Made by a program: the position numbers and the translations under genes. Shown one piece after another: positions 8,852-16,178 of a stretch of DNA of 49,805 nt (the first letter of the stretch is position 1; each line of letters opens with the position of its first letter). Below the pieces are notes generated by a model. The model made no database searches. It was not told where the DNA came from and saw only the letters and a program-made list of their open reading frames with translations. Origin of the DNA: a virus (taxonomy: Duplodnaviria > Caudoviricetes); IMG/VR virus record IMGVR_UViG_3300049070_000149, positions 1 through 49,805 of that record. One strand, given 5' to 3'.

Positions 8852-9171
8852 AGTACAACTGGATCAAACCTGCCCTCGGTCGTGTGTGCCTCCAACCACT
8901 TCCTGCTGAGGAGCGGACTGAATCGGGTATCTGGCTCGTCAACAACAAGGAACAAGTTGGTCAAGCTTGCCGAGTTGTAGAAGTCTGTGAGCCATATGGC
9001 GCAGGCAGTGATGACCAAGATTCAGTTCCCGAAGGACCGATCTGGAAAGTCGGTCAAGCTGTTTTAATCGGAAAGTACAACGGCGTAGATGTAGAGCTTG
9101 GCCGTGAGAAGTTTATTTTGCTCCGTGAATCAGATGTAATCGGAGAACTCCAAGAGAAAAAGGAGACGTAA
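8848..9171 (+). CDS. groES: co-chaperonin GroES-like protein
   Basis: IKPALGRV, EERTESGIWL, KVGQAVLIGKYNG, LLRESDVIG. Confidence 0.9.
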   Translation: MKYNWIKPALGRVCLQPLPAEERTESGIWLVNNKEQVGQACRVVEVCEPYGAGSDDQDSVPEGPIWKVGQAVLIGKYNGVDVELGREKFILLRESDVIGELQEKKET

Positions 9172-9377
9172 TGTTAGCCTTTATGATACTAGTAGCGTTA
9201 GTAGGATGGATAGGTTTTATCTGCGTTCTCGTTCCGTTCAGACGACGATCAAAAGTATTACGTCGTCTTGCAAAAGACCCACATCTTACTGGTTTACAGG
9301 TTCAGCAAATAGCTGAACAGGTATTATACGAAACTTCTTTCATATGGGACGAGTCCGATGGAAGCTTCCAACGTTAG
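9171..9377 (+). CDS. small membrane protein
   Basis: N-terminal hydrophobic helix followed by a basic patch. Confidence 0.55.
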   Translation: MLAFMILVALVGWIGFICVLVPFRRRSKVLRRLAKDPHLTGLQVQQIAEQVLYETSFIWDESDGSFQR

Positions 9378-9612
9378 TACACCCAAGGTTCCTGATTTAG
9401 AGCTGCCACTTCCAAATGATTATGTTAGTACGCCTGTACGCATCTTGCATACAATCAAAGCAAGATGGACAGGTATTACTTGGCAGTTCTTAGTTGAACT
9501 TGAGAACGGTAATCGAGAGTGGATTGAAACAGGACTGAATGGTTGGTTAATGGTAAACACAGACAGCGATCTTGGAGCATCATCCCTTGAGCAGCCTCTG
9601 GCCACACCTTAG
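9358..9612 (+). CDS. hypothetical protein
   Basis: ORF in operon. Confidence 0.45.
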   Translation: MEASNVSTPKVPDLELPLPNDYVSTPVRILHTIKARWTGITWQFLVELENGNREWIETGLNGWLMVNTDSDLGASSLEQPLATP

Positions 9613-9829
9613 TTCTCGTAATAACGAGCCAAGCGCTGGTGAGCAAATATTGCTTATCGGTGCAGATGGCTTACCTAACAATCTCTATACTAAGGTGAAA
9701 GCAGTTCTTTCACACGGTACTGGAGAGGACGAGGGATTCTTTGAGGTGCTGGACAGGTACAATAGGCATTTGGTAGTGACTGAGTACACGGATGAGTGTC
9801 CGTGGATTCAAGTGGATTATGACCTTTAA
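9572..9829 (+). CDS. hypothetical protein
   Basis: ORF in operon; start uncertain. Confidence 0.45.
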   Translation: MEHHPLSSLWPHLSSRNNEPSAGEQILLIGADGLPNNLYTKVKAVLSHGTGEDEGFFEVLDRYNRHLVVTEYTDECPWIQVDYDL

Positions 9830-9843
9830 CGCGGAGAAAGACA

Positions 9844-10074
9844 ATGGATAGGGAAGAATTTAGACAGATGATGCCCGGCAAGGGCGACTTACAAGACATC
9901 ATCAATGATGTACTATCTTTGGATGATGTGGATAAGGTATCCCTTGATGATGCAGCACAAATCTTCGATAACATCGAGGATTGGGTAGCAACAAATGTTG
10001 GCTTTGATGATGACGAAGTAGAAGAGGAAGAGGACGACGAAGATCTTGACACCTCCGGTGAGGTTCTTGACTAA
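9844..10074 (+). CDS. small, highly acidic protein
   Basis: D/E-rich; GGAG SD. Confidence 0.65.
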   Translation: MDREEFRQMMPGKGDLQDIINDVLSLDDVDKVSLDDAAQIFDNIEDWVATNVGFDDDEVEEEEDDEDLDTSGEVLD

Positions 10075-10850
10075 TGGCTAACGCCAAAGACATTACCTCT
10101 AACGACGGCAACGTCCTTATTATCGGAGACGGCGGAACCTGGAAAACTCGTTTCCTCGGCAGCGTTCCAGGAATCTACGTATTCGACTTCGATAAAGGTA
10201 TGGCATCTCTCCGTGGTCAGGATGTGGAGTATGATACCTTTAAGGACGCTGGTCGTACAGTGAAGTCACGGACTGCCGATGGAAAGGCAGCCTCGTATGA
10301 TTTCGTAGAGCCGGGGCCAAAGCTTCAAGCAGCTGGTATCTACAGGTACGGTTCTGCCTGGGACGCCTTCTACAAGAAGTTCCTCGACATTGCTGCCAAG
10401 ATCGAAGCTGGCAAAGGTCCACGAGCAATCGGCTTCGATAGCTTAACAATGATGAGTATGTGCGCGGCCAACAAGATTTTGAAGGACACCGGCCACGAGT
10501 TTCCTCATCAAGGAACTTGGGGAGCGCACCATGATTACTTCAAGATGATCTTTGGTATGGCAACAGCTTGGCCCATCAGGTTCATCTGTACAGCTCACGT
10601 TCAACGAGACGAGAATGATATTTCAAAGAACGTGGAGAAGCTCCCTCTCTTAGTCGGAAAGCTCGCGGGACTTGTTCCTGTATTCTTCGACGAGGTATGG
10701 TATACGGAGATGGTAGGTGGAAAAGCTATCATCCATACTATGCAAGATGCTTCATTGAAGCAAGCCAAGTCTCGTTGGAACGTTCCAGATAAGACACCTT
10801 TGACGTGGGAAGCGATGCAGAAGTATATTGAGCTGCCAAAGGGGGCATAA
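10074..10850 (+). CDS. AAA_24 / Sak4-like recombination ATPase
   Basis: GDGGTWKT Walker A, FDFDKG, FDSLT, CTAH, FFDEV. Confidence 0.85.
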   Translation: MANAKDITSNDGNVLIIGDGGTWKTRFLGSVPGIYVFDFDKGMASLRGQDVEYDTFKDAGRTVKSRTADGKAASYDFVEPGPKLQAAGIYRYGSAWDAFYKKFLDIAAKIEAGKGPRAIGFDSLTMMSMCAANKILKDTGHEFPHQGTWGAHHDYFKMIFGMATAWPIRFICTAHVQRDENDISKNVEKLPLLVGKLAGLVPVFFDEVWYTEMVGGKAIIHTMQDASLKQAKSRWNVPDKTPLTWEAMQKYIELPKGA

Positions 10851-11065
10851 TGACAGACTTCAATGACGCCGCCGTCGGCGAGATCTCAGCCAGAATGACT
10901 GATAAAGAGTTATTCCTTCGGCTAGAACAAAACGGTCTTGCTATTTCAGTTCCAAGGCGAAATGTGCGCTCACTAAGGGATATGTGTAACAGATATATGC
11001 GTGTTTTTGGGGCTGTAGACCAACATGGACGGGAGGTAATAGACCCTGAAAGTGCCGATGGCTAA
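10850..11065 (+). CDS. hypothetical protein
   Basis: Coupled ORF. Confidence 0.6.
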   Translation: MTDFNDAAVGEISARMTDKELFLRLEQNGLAISVPRRNVRSLRDMCNRYMRVFGAVDQHGREVIDPESADG

Positions 11066-11164
11066 TGCAACGCATCCTTGCAGACATAGGTCTGCTAATC
11101 ATCATCGCAGCCTGTGTTACACCTATTGTATCAGTGTTTGCAAACCTTACACGGCGAACCCCCA

Positions 11165-11356
11165 ATGAAAATAACAAAGATTCTTCGAGTGGAAAGAAGG
11201 GTATGGGGAACGGGCAATGAGTACCTTGCTGTTCCGTCCATCAAAGTTTTTCCAGAAGGAGGGTTCAAGGAAGGTGATGAAGTAGTGGTAGAGGTTACGC
11301 GGCGTGCTCCCGCTCTTGAGCACAACAATCAAGATCCTAAACAGGGGAGGAAGTAG
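11165..11356 (+). CDS. small AbrB/SpoVT-like beta protein (tentative)
   Basis: RVWGTGNEYLAVPS...GFKEGDEVVVEV pattern. Confidence 0.45.
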   Translation: MKITKILRVERRVWGTGNEYLAVPSIKVFPEGGFKEGDEVVVEVTRRAPALEHNNQDPKQGRK

Positions 11357-11358
11357 CT

Positions 11359-11781
11359 ATGCCCGCAATTCAGGCGGATTTCAGTAAGATTTCCCATGAG
11401 TATGAGAACCTCGCAGCTGGCGTGTATCGCGGCTCAGTTGAGGATATCTCAGAGGGGAAGGCGGAAGATGGGAAGCAGTCACCGCTCATCTTCAAGCTTC
11501 GTGTCACGGAAGGGGAGAAGAAGGATTCGGTAATCTCTGACTTCGTGTACCTGAAGAAGAAGGACGGTACGGCCAACTCGATTGGTCTGGGTCGCGTGAA
11601 GGGTTACGCGATTGCCGTCCTCGGAGAGGAAGCAGCGAACGGCGCTGCGATCGACACCGATCAGATCAAGGGCGGCACGATCGAGTTCGTGGTCGAGGAA
11701 GAGACCTACGAGAAGCCGGCCGAGAAGGGCGGCGGTCAGGGCAAGCGCTCGAAGGTGGCAAAGGTTTTGCGAGCGTCGTAA
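11359..11781 (+). CDS. DUF669-like single-stranded DNA-binding protein
   Basis: DFS...LAAGVYRGSVEDI pattern; lies near the Sak4-like gene; strong SD and biased codons. Confidence 0.7.
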   Translation: MPAIQADFSKISHEYENLAAGVYRGSVEDISEGKAEDGKQSPLIFKLRVTEGEKKDSVISDFVYLKKKDGTANSIGLGRVKGYAIAVLGEEAANGAAIDTDQIKGGTIEFVVEEETYEKPAEKGGGQGKRSKVAKVLRAS

Positions 11782-11787
11782 GGTGGG

Positions 11788-11898
11788 TGCCTAGTAGCTA
11801 ACTGGAAAAGCACTGAGTACAGTAACGCTAAAACCTGGGTCGTAACCAGTGAAGCCTACTCGAAAGGAAGAATGCAGGTTCGAGTCCTGCCTAGGCAT
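11788..11898 (+). ncRNA. tRNA-like RNA with expanded anticodon domain
   Basis: Acceptor TGCCTAG/CTAGGCA; TA-GCT-AACTGGAAA-AGC D-arm; T-arm GCAGG-TTCGAGT-CCTGC; ~60-nt central insert. Confidence 0.75.
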
Positions 11899-11908
11899 CT
11901 TGTAGGGC

Positions 11909-11966
11909 CCACTATGGGTACAGGCTTCCGCGTTAGCTCTGGGGCAGGTTCGAGTCCTGCCGGTGG
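11909..11966 (+). ncRNA. minimal tRNA-like element
   Basis: Identical T-arm GCAGGTTCGAGTCCTGC (11944-11960); short CCACT/GGTGG stem. Confidence 0.5.
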
Positions 11967-11972
11967 TATAGA

Positions 11973-12119
11973 AGGGTGTAGACTCAATCCACAGTTATTC
12001 CTAACTCAACAGAGACAGTGTAAAAGGCCTTGAACTCTTACGAGTGGAGTGGCACTGCGCTAAGCCCGACGGTGAAGGGTGCAAGAATATCGGGCAGGGA
12101 AGATCCTGAGTCTCACCTT
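11973..12119 (+). ncRNA. candidate structured ncRNA of unknown class
   Basis: Closing stem AGGGTG-T-AGACTCA/TGAGTCT-CACCTT plus four internal stems. Confidence 0.6.
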
Positions 12120-12124
12120 ATTAT

Positions 12125-12526
12125 ATGGTCCTAATAAATAACATAGCCGGTCTTAGTCTCGGTCAGTGTTCTAAACCTAGCTGCATACGCTCCACAATCC
12201 ACAGGCACCATATGGGATGTGAGCGTATGTGGCTCCGTCACTTCTGGAAACGACGAAGGACAGCTAAGTACAGGAAGTTCAAAGTACGATACTTAGAATT
12301 CCTTCGCTCTGATTGCGTTCCTTTGTGTAGCTGGCATCATGAGGAGATTCACCACCTTTACATGCCGACGATTGCTGCCTTTGCGCAGCTTCACGGGAAG
12401 TTCACAGAGTTAACCTGGGATGAAGCTGAGCATTTGATGGAGAAGTTAAGGAAGATTTGTGCTGAGTGGTTAGGAAAGGTAACACCAGGCTTGCAACCAC
12501 GGAAACGTGAGGACGTTTCACTATGA
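12125..12526 (+). CDS. HNH-like endonuclease
   Basis: CSKPSC, IHRHH, CVPLCSWHHEEIH. Confidence 0.65.
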   Translation: MVLINNIAGLSLGQCSKPSCIRSTIHRHHMGCERMWLRHFWKRRRTAKYRKFKVRYLEFLRSDCVPLCSWHHEEIHHLYMPTIAAFAQLHGKFTELTWDEAEHLMEKLRKICAEWLGKVTPGLQPRKREDVSL

Positions 12527-12529
12527 AAC
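12515..12529. repeat. parS-like palindrome copy 3 (GTTTCA-CTA-TGAAAC)
   Basis: Direct reading; spans a stop/start overlap. Confidence 0.9.
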
Positions 12530-12879
12530 AACCTGTGATTGTTCAAGACTACTTTGTGCCGCGCGGAAATGAGTATGGTGATTGTAAAATATGTTACACT
12601 GAAATACCAAAAGATGGATGGAGTAGACATTTAAGCCTAGTACATTTCGATCGTTTTCCTCAACATGAAACTGTAAACCACCCTCAGCATTATGGTGGTT
12701 CGGATAATCCTTACGAAGCAATTAAGGTAATAGAAGCCTGGAAACTCGGTTTCAATCTTGGTAATACAGTAAAGTACATATTGCGAGCGCCGCATAAAAA
12801 CTCCTTGCTAGAGGACTTGAAGAAAGCGCGTTGGTATTTAGACCGTGAGATTGAAAACCAGGAGAAACCAAATGGATGA
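12523..12879 (+). CDS. DUF3310 (SaV-like) protein
   Basis: VNHPQHY, GFNLGNTVKYILRA, EDLKKARWYLDREI. Confidence 0.9.
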   Translation: MKQPVIVQDYFVPRGNEYGDCKICYTEIPKDGWSRHLSLVHFDRFPQHETVNHPQHYGGSDNPYEAIKVIEAWKLGFNLGNTVKYILRAPHKNSLLEDLKKARWYLDREIENQEKPNG

Positions 12880-13597
12880 AGCTATTAAAGTCCTCGACCA
12901 CGGTCTAGTCAGACTTGTTGATTTTATGGGCAGTGATCTTTCTGTTGTAAGAGCTGCTCGGGTTAGCTATGACGCAGCTTGGCGAGCAGGAGAAGATGAA
13001 AACAAAGATATTAAACTGATTCATTACTTATGGCGTAATAAGCATACAACGCCCTTTGAATCAGTGTCAATGACCTTTGAAATAAAGGCTCCCATCTTTG
13101 TTTTTCGTCAATGGCACAGGCACAGAACTCAAAGTTATAACGAATTAAGTGCTCGTTATAAAGAACTTCCTGAAGAGTTTTATGTGCCTATTCCAGAAAA
13201 TATTGGATGGCAAGCAAAGGATAATAAACAAGCAAGAGTGCTTGATAGTTTCCAACGCACAGAAGATGAAATAATAAGACTTGAACAAGCAATTCAAGCT
13301 TATAAATCGGTGTGTGAGGCAGCGTTTGATCGCTACAAAGTATTACTTAACAGTGGTTGGCCTCGTGAACTAGCTCGTATGGTATTACCACTGAGTACAT
13401 ACTCTCATATGTTCACAACGATGAACTTGAGAAACCTATTTCACTTCCTTGAACTTAGACTTCATAGTCACGCTCAGTACGAGATTCGCGTCTATGCTGA
13501 GGCTATGTTAAAGCTGATCGCACCAAAAGTTCCTGTAAGTCATGATGCGTTCTGTTCAATCTTTCTTGCTAATAATATACTGGAGAGAAATCGCTAA
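12872..13597 (+). CDS. thyX: FAD-dependent thymidylate synthase
   Basis: AARVSY, HTTPFE, RQWHRHR-x7-SARY, ELARMVLP, HAQYEIR. Confidence 0.97.
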   Translation: MDEAIKVLDHGLVRLVDFMGSDLSVVRAARVSYDAAWRAGEDENKDIKLIHYLWRNKHTTPFESVSMTFEIKAPIFVFRQWHRHRTQSYNELSARYKELPEEFYVPIPENIGWQAKDNKQARVLDSFQRTEDEIIRLEQAIQAYKSVCEAAFDRYKVLLNSGWPRELARMVLPLSTYSHMFTTMNLRNLFHFLELRLHSHAQYEIRVYAEAMLKLIAPKVPVSHDAFCSIFLANNILERNR

Positions 13598-14016
13598 TGA
13601 TTATCACAGTAACCGAGGAAGATATAGCAGATGGTATATTCGAGCTTAGAACAAAGAAGTGGTATACCATTATTCACTTTAATTACGATAACGGACATAC
13701 GTTGTTTGCTCACTGGCTTATTGCACCATTTATAGGTGCTTGGTTTTGGTGGGACAAGCATCGCTGGAAGATCGAACAATGGATGCGCTGGAGAATCTCT
13801 GATATTCCTGGTGGATATTCTTGTGCGCTCTGGTCGTATGGTCTTAGGCCGTTGAAGAAGTGGACGTGGCGACGAACAAGACCACACTCATTATCAGATG
13901 AGTATAAGAGAGTAGAAGAGGGATTCCTTAAGGCAATGAAAGATGCTGAGGAAGCTCGTCGTGCAGCAGAGTTATCAGTTATAACCAATTACACGCATAA
14001 CCTCCCTCCAGAATAA
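13597..14016 (+). CDS. hypothetical Trp-rich protein
   Basis: Coupled ORF. Confidence 0.55.
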   Translation: MIITVTEEDIADGIFELRTKKWYTIIHFNYDNGHTLFAHWLIAPFIGAWFWWDKHRWKIEQWMRWRISDIPGGYSCALWSYGLRPLKKWTWRRTRPHSLSDEYKRVEEGFLKAMKDAEEARRAAELSVITNYTHNLPPE

Positions 14017-15341
14017 TGTCCATCTTCGTTCCTATAAATTCTATCGCTGTCATCAACCGTCAGCGAAAGGAAATGGAGCTCGTTGACGTACAGGAACTAG
14101 CCAATGATATTAAAGCGCGCGGTTTGCTGCATCCCCTTGTGGTTAGAAGCCCGCACCCTCACGAAGTTGAGCAAGTTAAAGGGCTACCTTATGTGCTCAT
14201 GGTTGGGGGCAGACGACTCGCAGCACATCATCTATTGGGGAGGACCAAGATCGAAGTTAGGCTTAAAGACGATCTCTCTCCAATCGACGCGAGGATTGCA
14301 GAGCTTAGCGAAAATGTTGTCAGGGTTAACCTCACGTGGGAAGAGGAAACCGCTGCTCGTGCTGAACTTGCCAGGGCTCTCCAAGAAGCAAATCCAGCAG
14401 CTAACCTCGAAGAAGTCGCTAAGGAAGTTGGTGTCTCAAAAGCGCAACTCTCCAAAGATATCGCGCTCGACAAAGCAATCAAAGCAGACCCCAAGCTCAA
14501 AGCGGCTACGTCAAAAGGGTCGGCTATCAGGATCGCGGCGTATAAAGCAACTGTTCAAGAGCGGATTGAGAAAGTCACTGCTGAAAGGTTACGTGGTGGC
14601 GAAGAGCTTCGATCTAGGCTTCACACAGCCGATGGAAGAGACTTCATAAAGACAATACCGTCTCAAAGCATAGATATGGTATTCTCCGATCTTCCTTACG
14701 GCATTGATTACTTCGACGGCCTTAAGGGAGCGTCGGAAGCAACTACGTCTAACTACGACGATTCGGCGAAGGAAGCGAAAAGCTTCATCAAGGATGTTGT
14801 CCCTGACATGCTTAGAGTTGTAAAGCCATCAGGGTGGATTGTTCTGTTTATGTGCTACGAGTGGCATGAGTGGCTCCAGCAAGAACTAGCAAAACCTCAT
14901 TACATGGAACATTTACAGCGTTCTAATGAATTAAAGCCCGAGATGCCTCCTTGGATCTGGACCCGTCGCGGGAAGGGCAATCATGGTCACTGGCCTGAGC
15001 TTCACGCCGCCAGCCGCTACGAAATGATCGTAGTAGTCAACGGTGGCTCAGCTAAGCTCATGAAAAAACCCTGTGAGAATGTCCTCGACTTTCCTCCATT
15101 CTCAGGAGAGCGTAGCCATGCTATGCAGAAACCGCACGATCTTTGTCGAGAGCTTATTGAACGTTGTACTGTGGCTGGCGAACGTGTCCTGGATGTTTGC
15201 TTTGGTTCAGGAGCACACCTTGCAGCTGCAGCTAGCTTGGGTAGGGATTTTATTGGGTGCGAGAAAAATCCTAATCTTCTCAACTCGGCTATCACCCTCG
15301 TTTCGCAGTATTACAAACCAACAATAGCTCACGTCAAATGA
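14016..15341 (+). CDS. ParB-like CTPase/HTH domain fused to a beta-class N4/N6 DNA methyltransferase
   Basis: GLLHPLVV, GGRRLAA, ENVVRVNL (ParB); LEEVAKEVGVSKAQLSK (HTH); SDLPY motif IV, HAMQKP, VLDVCFGSG motif I. Confidence 0.9.
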   Translation: MSIFVPINSIAVINRQRKEMELVDVQELANDIKARGLLHPLVVRSPHPHEVEQVKGLPYVLMVGGRRLAAHHLLGRTKIEVRLKDDLSPIDARIAELSENVVRVNLTWEEETAARAELARALQEANPAANLEEVAKEVGVSKAQLSKDIALDKAIKADPKLKAATSKGSAIRIAAYKATVQERIEKVTAERLRGGEELRSRLHTADGRDFIKTIPSQSIDMVFSDLPYGIDYFDGLKGASEATTSNYDDSAKEAKSFIKDVVPDMLRVVKPSGWIVLFMCYEWHEWLQQELAKPHYMEHLQRSNELKPEMPPWIWTRRGKGNHGHWPELHAASRYEMIVVVNGGSAKLMKKPCENVLDFPPFSGERSHAMQKPHDLCRELIERCTVAGERVLDVCFGSGAHLAAAASLGRDFIGCEKNPNLLNSAITLVSQYYKPTIAHVK

Positions 15342-15694
15342 TTCCTAGTTGGGCACAGCTATTCAAGCGTATTGTAGCTGTCTGGCGGCTCCGTCGTATA
15401 AAGCTTTATTTCTGCGACTGTGGAATGCCTGTATCCCTTGAAGAAAGGAAGCAATATGGCTGTGTTTGTATGGACTGTTATGAACAGAAGGTAGCAATCA
15501 AAGGCTCTATTCAACAGCAAGTTGCAGCTGTTAGTGGTTCTTTTAACAAAATTCTACCTTCTGGACTTCAAGGACTTATAAATCAGTCAGAATATAAACA
15601 CGCTATGACTGAGCAAGAAAAAAGAAGATATGAATTACGTTTGATGCAACTGCAACTGCAACTGCAACAGCCCGCAGGACGCAAGCACAGTTAA
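15338..15694 (+). CDS. hypothetical Cys-motif protein
   Basis: CDCG...CMDC. Confidence 0.55.
   Translation: MIPSWAQLFKRIVAVWRLRRIKLYFCDCGMPVSLEERKQYGCVCMDCYEQKVAIKGSIQQQVAAVSGSFNKILPSGLQGLINQSEYKHAMTEQEKRRYELRLMQLQLQLQQPAGRKHS
15648..15686 (+). repeat. 39-bp repeat copy A
   Basis: AACTGCAACTGCAACTGCAACAGCCCGCAGGACGCAAGC; exact reverse complement at 24379-24417. Confidence 0.9.
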
Positions 15695-15734
15695 ATATTA
15701 TCGCAGAGCAATACCGCAACACAAAAGGATTTCA

Positions 15735-16178
15735 GTGAGCCTCAAAGGCATCGAGCGCATCAATCGTAGGCAGATGGATGCACAAGAGGCAGAGCGTGTT
15801 CTTAGAGATATACGCATTGGTCAACCAGACATTGTGTACTACAAATGTCTTGATTGTACCACAATGCTTTCTAGACCACGAAAGCTACGTGGTAGACGTG
15901 CGTTGCGTTGTAATGCTTGTATAGCAACTCGGCACAGAGAAAAACCAAGAGAATCCTATCACGTACATAAAGTGAAACCTACAATCATCCAACCACAGGA
16001 AGTTGGCAAGTTGCAACCACCAAGGAGATTCCTCAACGTCGAGGAGCTTCTATCCAAGCCTGGTGTGGCGTCCATTGCCTTTCCTATTAGTCATAAGATC
16101 TTCGTAGGTCAGAATCTCTACGAAGGAGACACCTTGATAGAAGCACTAGGCAAGGCAGCTTTCAAGGAGGGGTGGTGA
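15735..16178 (+). CDS. zinc-finger protein
   Basis: CLDC...CNAC. Confidence 0.6.
   Translation: MSLKGIERINRRQMDAQEAERVLRDIRIGQPDIVYYKCLDCTTMLSRPRKLRGRRALRCNACIATRHREKPRESYHVHKVKPTIIQPQEVGKLQPPRRFLNVEELLSKPGVASIAFPISHKIFVGQNLYEGDTLIEALGKAAFKEGW

Noticed and set aside
11788-12119. tmRNA, intron-containing tRNA or IscB/HEARO system
   Set aside because: Too short, no tag ORF or group I core seen, and the HNH protein is 133 aa with no RuvC motifs
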